Assembly (NCBI GenBank): GCA_004431415.1
Contig: QPMI01000168.1
Coordinates: 62,001 to 126,000, forward strand
Length of the DNA stretch: 64,000 bases
Direction of reading: 5' to 3'
Source: Cyanophora paradoxa CCMP329
Lineage: Eukaryota > Plantae > Glaucophyta
The translations under genes and the position numbers were made by a program. Each line of letters opens with the position of its first letter. The first letter of the stretch is position 1. The notes beneath the pieces were generated by a model that did not search any database, was not told the origin of the DNA, and was given only the letters and a program-made list of their open reading frames with translations. Below, in pieces: positions 48,189 to 62,546 of the stretch.

Positions 48189-51100
48189 TCAGAGCAAACG
48201 GTAGAAATTGACGACCCCATCCCCTCCAGCAGTAACAAGGGCCCCAGGAAGAAACGAGATCTGCACAACAGTCAAAAAGAGTGTACAAGTGCAGGCGGAG
48301 ATGTAGAGCACACCGAGCTCACGCCAACACTTGTCACTCCTCTGCTTTCAGGATCTTGCGAGGCCTTCGTGATAACTGAATGCGGAATATGGGCCTTCTC
48401 CCAGCTTTGAACAACGTTCCTGGTGCGGAGATCCCACAGCTGGAGGATATCTTTGTTAAAAAGGGTGCCAGGAAAACTGTTGCAGATGCTCACTTTCACA
48501 GAACCATCTGCTCCACCTGATGCAACGATGTAGTCGAAAGTAGGGAATGCAGCCACTGCTTGCACTGCCCCTGTGTGCGCAGACTCGCTCATTGTCGTGG
48601 ACGCCTCCATCCTAGGATCCCAGAGGACAATTTCGCGAGAGCGTCCCCCACTTATAAGTGAAGATGTTGTTGAACTATACGTGATACATGTTGCTCCGCC
48701 ACTGTGAGCCACCAGCGATTCGGCACATCCTGAGCTTCCAGGAAGCATGAGGTCCCAGATGCACACGTTCCTGTTGTGCTGGTTATGCTAGAAAGATAAG
48801 AGGAGTGCACAATGCACTTGTTATCAGAACTCGTCCCTGCTGTTGCCAAGGCAGATCCTGCATTGAGAAACACCAGATCATCAGCTCGTTTGGAGTGACA
48901 GACCAGATGCTGTGCAGCAGTGAGTGTCAGGCTTTATGAAACTTGAGTGTCAGGCTTTATGCTTTGACGCAAAGCATGGTTACCTGTGGCATGCCGGATG
49001 AATGACTCGCTGCAAAAATGCCGAGTGGAGCAACGACGACACCACCTGAACTACTCGTGACTCCAAAGTGAGCCCCGCAAGGACTCCATTTTCCCGCCGT
49101 GGCCTGTCCAAGCTGAAGTCCACAGACAGCATTTGAAAAAAAAGCATTCAGACTCTCACCCTGACTGATGACGGGAGCAACCGGATGGCTCTGGAGAGGG
49201 TAGTGTGTCCAAAAGCGAACAGCACTACTTCTCCATCATCTACTGCCAGGTACATTGGCAGCGAGGGGTGCCCAGCAATGACATGAACAGCAACGCCATT
49301 TCGAACCCCGTCCTTGAGGAGGTCATTCTGTGGCTCACGAGCGTCCGACCGAACAAGCTGAGGGCGAATCGGTTGAAAGATTGAGTTTTGCCTGGGGACC
49401 CTGCGAGGTGGAGTTCCAGCATTTGCCATAGATGGCCCATCGATCGAAGGTCGATCAAATGAAGAGCGGTCAATTGAAGGCCGATGTAACCACGATTGCC
49501 GGAGATTCACTTCTTGCACAGATCGCAGTGCTGCCAAAGCGAAAACAATCAGCTTTGTCATGCAAAGAGGTGGAAATGAGCGTACTTGAAGCTGCGACGT
49601 ACTCGCCACGCTGGGGTCCGAAAAACGTTACCAAGGCCGGCCTCCAAGGTTGAAAAAACGAAAAAAAACGAACCATATCCACGGCAAGACCTCTTATGAC
49701 ATCCGAGCCATCGAGGAGGATAGCGGGCTTGTCCTCGAAAAGCGGAACACTAGATGGCAGGGGCAAGTACTTCCGGATAATGCTCTGCAAGTACTGTCTG
49801 GACCTCACGACCAGGTGGCGACATTCTGCGCAAGAATCCCTTGTCATAAATTTTGAAATGCACCACCAATTGTACAAGTAAGACACACCAACGTCATTGG
49901 TCAACCGAATCCATGCATCTTCGACAGATGGAAGGGAGCAGCAGATTGTGGCGATTGCACTTCTCGATGCGGCTTTCCTCTCCGCAGAATCTTCTTCAGT
50001 GGCGTGAGATGACTCTCTTCCAATGAACAGGTCATCAGCTGCAGCAGTGCTCGACATCCCACGAGCCTTTTCAGAGAGCTGCTGAGCAGACTGCAATTTT
50101 GTTAGTTTTTTCCATCCATGACAGGTTGCAAGAAAGAATGCACAAGGGACCGGTGGACAGGGGTAGCTTCAGAGAAACGGAATGTGCTGTGGACACGCGG
50201 GAGTGCCAGGAGACACATCTGCCGCTTGAAGATTAAGATACAGAGACAGGAACCCGTGATATGGATGACGAGTGGACACCTTCGGATCCTTGGGGAAAAT
50301 ACGCGACAGGCGATCTGCCAAATTCTGCGACTGAAGCTGGATCTTGGACAAAATGTCAAGCAGGAATTCGTTCTGCCCACGACCTGTTCCACCAGGAGAG
50401 TGAGTGGAAGAATGCATCAAGAAAGGCTTTTAGGAAGAAAACGACAATGCAGACCAGAACACCGAATAATGTGCTGCCGCATTGAAGCAACAAATTTATG
50501 TGCAAGCAGACACTTAAGAAGCGTAACGACAAATGGCTCTGGAGCATCCTGCGGGATGCACTTCAGCCAGACAACGTGGGAGAAGAACAACAGATGGGTG
50601 GTGGTGGCACCAGACTTCTTGCTTTTGTTTGGTTGCTCAGTTTTCCCTTCTCGAAGACAGATTTAATGCTTGGAGGCAACAAGCCCAACCAGTGGATTGC
50701 GCGGCTGGGCTGATGATGGAGCCAACCATGGAGGGCAGTGGTGAAGAGGCTGGCATCACCTGTTATCCAGGCGATCGCAAATGTCCCCAAGCATAGGGAA
50801 ACAGCAGCAACCACAGCATCACTCTGTGTTGGCCGAGAGCTTTGCCAACCATTGTTCCCACGAGCATCAAGGTTGGCCAGAGCATCGTACGCATTGCTGT
50901 CGGGAGTCAGGATATTGGATTTGATAACGACACAGACAGGCACCTCCAGTACGATTTCAGTGACTCGACAGAGATATCACTAGCCCGTGCTGAGATTGCA
51001 CCAAAAGACACACCACACAATTCACGGAGAGCATGCCGCACAGCCTCGATTGCCGATTCCCATCCAGAGGGTGCTAGGCAAACAGTGAAAACGACCTGGG

Positions 51101-54100
51101 AATGGCATGCACTCAGTACATCCAGTTCACTTTGAAGCATGGATCAAATGCATAACACCTGAGGGGCAAGGAAAAATGGTGGAATGGACATCGCAAGCTC
51201 GGAGGAGAAACTGTGAAGACCCCAGGAGGCCAAGAAATCGATGTCAGCAGCCAGAGGCAGAAGCTGTGAGCTCAGGTTGTGTAACGCAGATGCAGGAGTC
51301 AAATGCGCCTGCAATGAATGAGCTTCATACGACGATTGGAACCTTATGTGCACCTTTCCAAGTACAGAACTCGCGATTCTTTTGGCAACATGCGCAGATG
51401 CAGGACTCCTGAGCAAAGGTGACTCCAAAATGCTCGCAAGGGCCAGTGCTGGAAGCCCGAGCATTTGGTATCCAGTCACTGCCTGTAGAGATGCCATGAT
51501 CATCTCATCTTCTGCCGACGCCTTCAAGCCCATGTCCCTGAATGTCAGAGGTGACAAAAAAAGGCTAGAGTGCTGCGCACATGTCTGCTTTCCTCTCTTG
51601 CAGAACGGAGAGCAGGCTTCGTCATCAGATAGGCCCAAATCCGTGCAGAAAGGGGCCTGGTGTCACTGAATGCATCTGCATGCTGAAATCTTCTGTCAGA
51701 AAAAAAGGTTTGTTAGTGCACATCTAGCAAACCTTGATGTGAAGACAATCTGCAGCTTGGCTGAATTCCCCGAGACTCCAATGTGCCATGCAACGAAGGA
51801 TCGGATCATTCAACTCTTGTGTCATCGGAATCACGTCCTGCTGAAGCACCTTCTTGTGCAAGTCACTCGCATCACCTGCTCACCAACAATAAAGAAAAAA
51901 ACATTCGATGCCCTCAATGAGACAGGCTACCTCCGACAAGACGGGAAATTACAACAGCAAGATTCAGGTCCCGCATTTGTTTCAGACACACGTTTGTAGC
52001 ATCATCGGGCTGACCACCAAGCAAGAAAAATGCCGCAGCCATTTCTGCTCGACGTCAGCACAAAGACACAAGTTCAGCATTGAGTGCTAACCGAATTTGT
52101 GCTGCCCCATAAGCACGTAGGCATTGCGAAGGGCAGCTGTTCTCCAACGCTCCTCTTCAAAATCATTCTGCAAGAAGGAAGCGAGCTTTGTGTCTTTTAC
52201 TGCCTTGTAGAGGCCCAACACAGCGTTCTTTTTCCCGAGAGCCTGCATCCAGGATATGCGTCAGGAGCACATTAAGATTAACACTGAACATTTTGTGTGA
52301 ACCAGATACAGGAGCAGAGAGTCCGAGGGATTCTTCTCGCGGAGAAATTGATTTTTGGCACACTTTTCAATGACACTTTTCTGCAGCCCTTCGTCAGAAT
52401 GCAGCTAGCTCTCAGGAACTTGGATGCTCTTCGTACCAGGGTGTAATTGCTCCTCGGCCACAAGCCCAAACCGAGCCCACGAGCTGCATTCCAATCGCAA
52501 TCGGCCGAAAGACAGGTCTCAATGAGCGCCTCTTGGGAATCTGAGAAGTAAGCCCATGCGACATCTGCTGAAGAAAGTGTGTATGTGCTCTTGGAGGGAG
52601 TGCCAAGCTTGTCTTTTGCTTCAAAAGCTTTCCGAGAGGCTATGGAGCACATTGCAGGACCCTAGGCGAAGCTCAGAGGACAAAATCCATCATTGCAAAA
52701 AATGCACCAGGAAGTTCTTTCCACACTGATCCACAGCTGTGTGAACACCACGCAAGAGTGTGCAGGTGCTCATCATTATATACAAGCGGGCTGCGAGCTT
52801 GAAGGCACTCAATCGTCGCGAGAAAGCAACAGAAAGCGGAAAGGGAACCTCATTTTCACTGGCTTGTCTAAGAATGTCCCCCAGAAGACGCCACAACTTT
52901 CCTGCACTAATATTTCACGGCCAACGCATCAACTTTTGAACAGGCAGACAAGCAGACCTTGCTCTGGCCCTCCAGCTTGATCGTCTTCCGAAAGAATGAC
53001 AGAGAGGGGCAGCCCTTGAATCTCCACCAATGCCCTCTCGAAGCCCTTGAACCGATTCAGAGCCAGAGCAGCCTTAAGCCGTGCTTCCTCATCATCATCA
53101 ATCCCAACTGGAGGCGAGTCGTCTTCTTCCTCAAGAACTGCTTCCACTGATGGCAGCGACATGACATGGCCAAAAATGCGCTCCACTGTCTGAACCTTGC
53201 CCTGTCTGAGAAAATGGAGCAAGGAGAAAGGGTCGTGATCCGGCTGTGGATTGTATAAGAAGGCAACCATGGTGTAAGTTTTGAAGGAATACGCACCAGG
53301 ACGCAGCTCCTGTCAAGATCTTCAGGAATAGAGGTGACAATGGTGCGACGCCCAGCTCCAACAGCAACACAATTTCCAGATGATGCGAAGCATGATATCT
53401 CAGCTGGGGTCTGCAGAGTTCTGCAAGAAAAGCAGCAGTCAGAAGCCGAGATGTTCGTACAGAGAGTCAAGACTCTAGGCCGCACACTGAACTGGCAGTC
53501 CACACAGATTTCGAATCAGCATTATCCATTGCTGGTCTCCAAAGCCGAATGCCATCACGAGTACACACTCCCATGGTCGATCTCAGAAGCGGAGAAATCC
53601 CCACAATTTTAGTTCTGCGTGTCAGTCTCATGAGAAACACGGAAAAGCTCAAGTCTGAACAGTGGGTTGAATAAATCTTGTCGCACAAATTGTGCAGTGC
53701 GAATTCCTCTACAAAATCCAAGCAAGTCGATTCTCTCTCGAACACAAAAATGTCGGATGCAGTATCTGAGGTTCCATAAATAAGCTGCCCTGTGAGGCCT
53801 GACTGTTGGACAACGCACTTGTGCAGAAGCGCAGGTGACTCCAGCCACACAGAGAGACAACTGGTCCACTGGGAAGCACAATTCTTTGATGGAGCTCGAC
53901 CTGAAAAAATGAATGACACGCATCTAGAAAACAGATTCGAATTCCAGGAACTTGGGCATACAGTACGGTTGGCACAATCTACAGATGCAACATGTACACA
54001 CCCATCCGCATCGCCAAGGAGAAGGCTCAGAACTGCAGAAGAGTCGGGTGCATTACCCCTAGAGAACAACTGCATGGCTGTTATGGATGCTGAAAAGGTT

Positions 54101-56421
54101 CGTGTCCACGGAACTCTCTCCTCGCATGTACAGGTGACTGTGAACCAGCACCGAAAATTTAGGGCGAAGTGTTGTGGAATGAAACTACAGAGACGTGCCT
54201 GGGTCCACAGCAGTAGAGAGCGAGTACCCTATCAAGCTCAAACCAGCGGCATCCAGAACGAAAACAAATGATACCACGTTGCTGGAGGTTGCACAAATTG
54301 CACTAATTCCTTGCACGTCTGGGAGAACTGTGCCCAGAAGCATGACATGGTCCTCAAAGCAATGAAAAACGTGGATGCTTGTTTCATTGGCAACTAAGAT
54401 CACATCTGCAGTAAATCACGGCTTAAGTGGGATGCTGCAGAAAGCAGTATTTAAAATACCATCTCGAGCCCAGCAGATGAAACGCGTATCCACATCTGCT
54501 TCATGCTGAACCAACAATGGCTGCGAGACCTGATTCCAACACTTAGTCTGGCGCCCTACAGAAGAGAGATATGATGGCATCGACCTCTCTCAATGGCCAG
54601 ACGTAAGCAGCATTTTTGCATGATCGAACGGCCAAGAAACTTCTTGCAGGGCTGAAGGAAAGTTCAACTGCCTCCACTTGAAGCCCGGACAAACATATTG
54701 GCCTACAATTACATAAGATCGATAGAAGAAAAAAAGAGAACGCCCAAAAATCACACCGCTCAGCAGTCGGAAGCCCCTGCGCCATGTGCAAACGCAGACG
54801 GCAAAGACTAGAGGACAGGTCCGAAACCCCATATACTGTGCAAGTACCATCGATGCAGCTCGGGCCAACAGCCAACATGTGTGAAAACGGCAGGTCGACA
54901 AGCGTTTTGATAATGCTATTTGACGCCCACTGGATGACTCTTGTCTCTGCAGAAGGATTTTTATTTAGGAGTTGAAAAGCCAGACTTCAAAAGAAAGCTT
55001 TGGACCGGGGCCAGGGAGATCATCGAGACCTTGGATGCGCCACAACATGAGCTCCTCATCAGTCACTCCGAGAAGCCAGTCACTCTGTTCACCACGACCT
55101 AGAGGAATGTCAGCTTCTTCAAAATCGCTGAAACAACATGATGATCACGTGGATATGGGCCCCAATGAGACATCTCCCAGCTTTGCGAAACCGTATGCCC
55201 GTGACCACCCATCAATAGGCTTTTCGAGGTATAGCTGTGAGAGGGTCAGCATGCAGACAGCACTACAACAGATCTTCAAACCCTTGAGCAGGCAGGCGAT
55301 TCTGAATCCAGCAGGCAGCATGCACGTTGCTGGCATCGATTGTGGCTACTAATGAGAAGCCAAACTCATCTGTCCGCGGCGTTTCGACCCAGATCCTGAT
55401 AATCTGCGCAGCTGGTTCATTCGAAGACAAAATTGCGCACGAATGCTCTCACATTATCTGTAGACCGAGACACCAGCACAGAGCTAGACTCATTCTTCGA
55501 GCTCTCATGGTTGATCGCAGCTTGCTGTTTCCAAGCAGCTGCAAGAACGTGCCCAGGATGCTGAAGAGAAATGGAATCGAACATCGACGTTCCTCCTACC
55601 AAAAGAGTACGTTCAATTTCGAGGATTCGAAGTAAATCAGCGTCTTCAATAGAAGGGAAAGATGATTGCGTACCATGAAACCAAACTCGAACTGCGCTGT
55701 CCGCACAGCAGGTTGTGAAGAACAGTCTTCCTTTTGGACAGAAGCTTGCTTCAGTAACAGCTGATTTGACATCTCTACTTGTCCAAACCAAGCTCCAGTC
55801 GTATTTTGCGGCACGGCTTTGCCATATGGACAGCTCATGGCCACCACACAAAATATATTCCCCTGTGCAGGCGGGACTATAATCAGACAAGAAACCCATG
55901 AACCAGAATGCAACCTTGCAGACCACATGGACTCCATGAGATGGTAGCAGTGCGCGAAGGTGTATCGAATGCGCCAATCTGCCAGTTACTCGCCAGCTGG
56001 TGGAGCTGAGTTCACAGGGGCGCATGGATGGCTGAAGGGGCGCGCACCGACGTTTTGGCGATGTCACTCGAGTATGCATCGCTGAGATCGCATATCGTGA
56101 CTCTTGTGCTCGTGCTAACGGCGATCTGTACCAAGGTGACTGGCGAAGAAAAACGAACCACGGGGCCAGAGTACCTCGTTCCCAGATGGGGACCACTGAA
56201 TTGCCGAAACCGCGGACTTGAAGTTTAGAGTGCAGATACCGCGCAGGGACTCGCCGCACACGACGGCGACGGCGTCGTGCGACGGGTATGCCTGGTGCCG
56301 GATCAGCAAGGAGAGACAAGCTGGAGCGGATGCGCACCAGCATTAAACATCCGTTTCCGCTGGAGCCCACGACTGGCGGGCCCGTCGGCGACGCCGGAAG
56401 CAAGTTCTTCGCCCGCAGCAT
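48189..56421 (-). CDS. RAV1: RAVE complex RAV1 / DmX-like (rabconnectin-3 alpha) WD40 protein
   Basis: Rav1p_C motifs PDHDPFSLLHFLRQGKVQTVERIF, VDQCGKNFL, LSSADVAWAYFSDSQEAL, WNAARGLGLGLW, RWRTAALRNAYVLMGQHKF, AAAFFLLGG; N-terminal beta-propeller-like region; C-terminal WD repeats (AHSGGATCI, ISGGRSREIVLWD, ASGGADGSVK|LWDL). Confidence 0.9.
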
Positions 56422-56969
56422 TGCAGGATCGAAGCAGGAGCGCGTACAGCGCTCGCTTTGCTGCACTTCGCTCGTACGGCGCTGCACGCGGCACGTACGC
56501 GCTGCTCTGCGCGGTACGGCGCTACGAGTAATGCACGCGTCAGGTCCTCCGCTGTGGCAAGCTGACAACTTTAGGCTCCGCCCGTGCGCCGCCGAGCTCG
56601 TTCTGCTCAGCGCGTCTGATTGACGGAAGGATTGACGGCAGGGCGCCTGACACCGTCAGAGCGGCACAGCGGCCACAGCCCGCTGTGGGGGTACTTGGGC
56701 AAAAGCGGTCAGCTGTAGCGGCAGAGCGCGCTGCTCCGTGGACTAGCACAGTGAGATCGCGACGTCGTGCCCGCTCAAAGGACCGGAGCCTCACTTCAAC
56801 TTGAGCGCTAGCGCGAGCTCGATCGAGTCGGTAGCGCTCGATCGGACGCCGCCGGCTCGATCTGCACCATTTCGCACAGCTTCCAGTGCGCTAAAGACCG
56901 CGCATGCCCAGTCGATCATCGGATCTTTATCGTACAACCTCCTGAACCGCCCCGCAGAACAACGCACTG

Positions 56970-59900
56970 ATGGCCGCGGTATCGCCGGAGCAGCTTTCGG
57001 GCCTCTTGCGCAATCCCAACGGGATCAGAAACATCTGCATCCTTGCGCACGTCGACCACGGTACATGTCGCCGCGAACATCCCGCCGGCGTTGCGCTTCA
57101 CACGCGGCGGCAGGGAAAACCACGCTCTCGGATTCTCTGATATCGTCGAACGGAATCATCTCAGCCAAGCTCGCAGGGAAGGCGCGCCACGGCAACACAG
57201 GCTTCCATGCGCGCTGATATGCGTTCCCAGGTTCGGTACCTCGACTTCCGGCCTGACGAGCAGCTCAGGGGAATTACTATGAAATCCTGCTCCATATCTC
57301 TGATGTATAGCCACAACGATAGTGCGCGTATTGAGCCACACTGCCTGGACCGCCGGGCGTAATTTGATATGCAGAACCTTTCCTTGTGAACCTCATCGAC
57401 TCTCCGGGGCATGTGGATTTTTGCAGCGAAGTGAGCACGGCCGTTCGTCTAAGTGATGGAGCGGTTGTTCTTGTCGATGTGCTTGAGGGCGTTTGCACTC
57501 AGGTGGGAATGTTATGTGAGTTTCCAGTGAATCGCGTTCATCATGTTGACAGACGCAATCGGTGCTCCGGCAAGCTTGGATGGAGGGTGTCAGGCCCTGC
57601 TTGATGCTCAACAAAGTGGACAGGCTAATCACAGAACTCATGCTCACTCCTGTGGAGGCTTACACACACGTCGTTCGAATCATTGAGCACATCAATGCCC
57701 TAATGAGCCACCTCCACACCGAGGAACACTTCGCCAATCTATCTAAAGCGGTCATCGCACTGCCTGGTTGAATTAGTGAGCGATTCGTATCGCTGACAGT
57801 GTGGCAGGCTGTCAAGTCGGCAGCAATGATGGAACGAGACGGCGAAATTCACGAGTCAGATGTCTCTGCCGATGATGAGCTCGATGACTCTCTCGAGTTT
57901 TCCCCTGCAAAGGGCAACGTCATTTTCGGCAGTGCTTATGATGGATGGGCCTTCAGGTGTGCTTCTGACAAATCACGTCCGTCGTTCTTTACACCTGATG
58001 CTTTAATAGCATTGACCAGTTTGCAAAATTGTATGCTTCGAAGCTTGGGTTTGCAGAGCGTGTGCTTCGTAGAACCCTTTGGGGCAACTACGTTTTTGAA
58101 CCCAAGTCCAAGACAATTTTCAAGCGCTCGAAGGGTAACCTCAAACCGATGTTCGCACAGTTTATCTTCGAGCCGATATGGGAGGTTTATCGATGCGCTC
58201 AGAGCGGGTCAGCGCATTCTGCCATTGGTTTGGTGAAGCTTGCCATCGATGCTCTTGCAGGGACCAAGGGAAGCTGGAGAAGATCACGAAAAGCCTCAAT
58301 CTCACTGTGCCGGCTAGAGAGCTTCAGCACTCCGAGCCTCAGGTCAGGCTCAAAGCTGTGATGTCACGATGGCTCCCGGTGGCCCCAGCTGTCCTAGGTC
58401 CGCCGGATGCAAAATGGCCTCCCTTTTTCAACCTTCCGCGGTACTGATCTAAAGCATTTTGAAAAGCTATGGCAGTTGCACAACTGCCCAGCCCTTTGGA
58501 AGCACAAGTTTATCGAACTGCAAAGCTTGTCGGTGCCCGTGACCATGCAGTAGCCAAGCCTTCGGAGGCAAGCGAGTCGGAAAAAGTGTCCCAAATTCAC
58601 GCCCAGACCGAGCAAGACATTGTATACAAGTGCATCGAGTCATGCTCATGCGACACTTCTGCTCCTGCTGTGGCTTTCGTTGGCAAAATGTTACCTGTTC
58701 CAAGGTATCCTTTCTTCACTACTTTTTCTTTTCAATGGGCTGATGCCTGGACGGCAGAGATGCGTTGCCTTTCGTCCGACAGAAGCGGGCAGATGATCCA
58801 GAGCGAAGAGCACGCTTGCAAAAGCTGAGGGAGGATCGCCTGAAGCAGCGCAGCCAAGCACCTCCTGCTCAGACCTCCTCTAAAATGGACTGGGTAGATG
58901 AGCTCGAGACGAGTGCAAGAAGGAAACCAGCTCGGATCTTGCAGCAAGCAACTCCAACACCTTCGCTCGCATCATCATATTCTGTAGAGAACGCTCAGGA
59001 TCAACATAGCTTGGTTGCCGAGCAGACTTTCTCAGCCACTGATCATTCTCTTGCACACGGAGATGACAGCAGCCAGAATCATGAAATGGATCCGTACAAG
59101 GACAAAGATGAGGTATTCATTGCGTTTGCTCGGGTGTTCAGTGGCGTTCTTCGGCGTGGGATGCGTGTCAACATCATCGGTTCACGAGGGGCTTCCTCAC
59201 AGAGTGCATCTGTGAATTTTTAGCTTCAACTGTCCGGGACACTCACCAAAAGTCCATCAGGCGCGGAGATTACAGATGTTTTGATCATGATGGGACGTCA
59301 GTTCGAAAGGATCGAAGAAGCTCCAGCTGGTTCTGTCGTTGGGATTGCTGGTTTGGACGAGGCAGTCCTGAAATTTGCGACAATATCTTCAGTTCCACAA
59401 TGCCCTCCGTTTGCACCGCTTAATCTTCAGGTTCAGCTTTGTTAACTGGTGTGGGTCGCCTAATTGTCCTAACCGCACACTTCAGAGTGCAGCTGTTGTC
59501 CGAGTGGCAAGTCCAGATTTGCTGAAGGGTTTTTGCATTTAAGCTTATTGCGTTACTACAGGCAGTGGAGCCATCAGATCCCTCGGACATGCCTAAGCTC
59601 AAACAGGGGCTTCGTCTTCTCAACCAGGCGGATCCAAGCATTTCCATCACTCTGCAAGAGACTGGGGAGCACGTAATTGCGGCGTCAGGCGAACTGCATT
59701 TGGAAGTGAGTGTGTGTGTGCGTTGTTGCCATTGGAAGCTTTGATCTTACGAAAGCATATGCAAGATCTGTGTCAAGGATCTTCGGGAGCGCTTCGCTAA
59801 GACTGCGATTGAAGTATCTGCTCCTTTGGTGTCCTTCCGAGAAACTGTTGCTGCCGATTCAAGAAGCAGTGCGTAGAAGCAATGTTTTGGTTGTTCGTCT

Positions 59901-61484
59901 TCGCCAGACACATGGCTGATGGATCGTGTACCAGAGCCAGTCCAAGTCAAGACTGCAAATGGGGCTTGCACTATCACCATCCGTGCAGCCCCGCTTCCTG
60001 GGCAAATACAGCGAATGATTGACGATAATATTGATCTGCTTAAACGAACATTTGACGCCAAGCCCGGAATCTTCGACCTCTCATCGCAAGGCTCTCCAAC
60101 TGATCTGCACGCGCTGGAATTTGCGAAGAAGTTGAAGGCGGCTATTCTTGGTGAGGAGCAAAATGTGCGATTCGACCCATCCTGGTGCATCTTCTCCTTT
60201 TCCCCCTGAAGTACTTCACTGCTTGTGGGCTTATGGTGTGACGCAGTGTGTGGGCAATGGGGCCAAGGCGTGTTGGCCCAAACTTTCTTGTCAGCAAGAT
60301 TGCAGGCTTCAAACCACCATATCCTTGCCCTGATACGCAGACTCCCTTCCCCAAATGCTTTCGGCTGTTGGTTCCCTTGACCTCCCTGATTTACGCTTTC
60401 TGTATTTGATCGGATAACACGTGATCCTGCGAAGGATTCTCAGCAGCAACAACTGCAGTCTGAAGAAGAGCGCATCAAGGCCGAAAGAATCAACGAGATC
60501 GAAGCCAGTATCATCACTGGGTTCCAAGCTGCAACATTGGGTGCCGTGCCAGACTAGTTTTGAGACTGTATGCACTCTAATCTGTCTCGCTCAGCTGGCC
60601 CCCTGTGCGAGGAACCAATGTCTGGGGTTTCTTTGATTGTCGAGAGTATCGAGTTCTCAACCGAATCTCCTTCCTCTGACGGTGCCCCATCTCTTGTTTA
60701 GCTATATTTGATGGGCTAATGAGGCATTTTAATGAACGCAGGCACAACACAGTATGGGCCCTTCACTGGGCAGGGTCTGCACTTTTTTTCTTGAAAAATA
60801 TTTCCCTTGAAATTTCACTCTTTTGCAGTTATCGCGGCGACAAAAGAAGCATGCCGGCAGGCATTTTTGGCCAGCGCGCCTCGGCTGGTTGAAGCACTCT
60901 TTTTCTGTGACATCCAGTCCACAGGTGTGAGAAACACTCACGACAAGGTACTCAGAGGCTCAATTTTGCCCATCCAGGAAGTGCGCTGGGGAACGTCTAT
61001 GCGGTACTATCGAAGCGGAGGGCAAGAATTTTGAAAGAAGACATGAAGGAGGGAACGCCGATTTTCACAGTCGAGGCACTTCTCCCCGTTGTGGAGAGTT
61101 TCGGCTTTGTGGATGGTGCTTGATCAAATCTTACTTCTTCTTGCGTTTGTAAGGCTGAGACAGCTCTTTGCTTCTCTCTGTTACAGATCTCAGGAAGAAG
61201 ACAAGTGGCGCTGCAAGTGCTCAGCTCCACTTCTCGCATTGGGAGGCACTCCCACAAGATCCGATGCAGCAGGATGTTTCTCAGGAGGATGAAGATGATG
61301 AAAATGAGGAGGGCGTGAACGTGGCAAGGAACTACATGAATGCTGTGAGGCGGCGGAAGGTTTGCCCTTCACAGTCATCCGTGGCAGGCCCTTTTTTCAC
61401 ATGCATGCGCACTAGGGTCTTCCCGTGGAGGAGAAGATTATACAGCATGCCGAAAAACAACGCACACTTGCCAAGAAAGTTTGA
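56970..61484 (+). CDS. EFL1: Elongation factor-like GTPase 1 (EFL1/RIA1, 60S maturation)
   Basis: [13 protein letters not shown]|[22 protein letters not shown]|[80 protein letters not shown]-terminal [12 protein letters not shown]. Confidence 0.96.
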
Positions 61485-62546
61485 GAAAACAAAGAAGCAG
61501 GGTCTGCTGCTCCACCTCCGGGCCTTGCATTTTGATGTGACACACCACGCCACAGTGCGGTATTTTGCAAGCTGTTCTGGCTAGCTAGGGTCCACAGTCA
61601 GCAACGGCGAGGCCGGGCAATGCCACGGCACAGTTCACGGTCTCGCCTGGGCTCGGTTGCTCAGGCAAATCGAAATCGAAATCGAGAGCAAACCTGAACT
61701 GAGGGCCGAAACCGAAATCGAAGATCTATTGCTCTACTTGGCTTAAGATCAGAGATTAAAGATCAAAGGCCTTTAATTTATTTTTATAGACAGGTTGCCA
61801 GTTGTATTCTTCCACCCTTTAAAAAGTGTTCATTTCGGCCCTTAGACAAGCTTAAGCCCGCCGACCCAAAATCATCGGATGCACCACCTGCAGGCACCTG
61901 TAGCCAGTGTCCGCAGGGATAGTACTATTACCGGCTAGCGCTGGCTAGCAGATGGGCTGGGCCCCCGACAGCGGCCCCCCGCGGCCTCAGTGTCAAAACT
62001 CTGAAACTCGAAAGCAGATGAAGAGACATAAAAAAACTTTGAAAGGCCATGGTGAGAATGAGCATGAGAACGGCTGGCCTGGCGGCGCGGCGCCGCGGCG
62101 GCTGGCCAGCAATTGCTGGTGGGCTGGGCCTGCAGCAGCAGGGCAGCGGTGTTCATCCCACGCTTGTGGCCGCCTGAGCCCGGCCTTGCAATTGTGATTT
62201 GGTTCATTTCCAAATGCTCTGAGATGCACTCAATTCTCATATGCATTTCCGGAGTCTGGCCCAGTGGGCCGCAAAAGCGTAGACCGCACCTGTCCTCTAT
62301 CAAAGTCTTAGTGTTGTAGTCGGGGGGCCGAGGGCTGGGTTTCGCTGCTACGCTTTAGCTAGTTATGCATTAGCGATCATGTACATCACTTCTCACGCCA
62401 TATAGATCTCGACTTCAATTTTGAGCTGGCGCCGGCTTTTCAGTGGATTCCTGTGGGTGGCGTAGATTTAGGTAATCTGCCCGGCTGCTAGTCTCCAGCC
62501 AGCTAGCTGAAATCGCGATTATGATTTGCAATTATCTTGTCGATTT

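Noticed and set aside
56970-61484. eEF2 call, and a functional cluster with DPH2
   Set aside because: Motifs and C-terminus are EFL1-type; proximity to DPH2 and RRP7 is unremarkable
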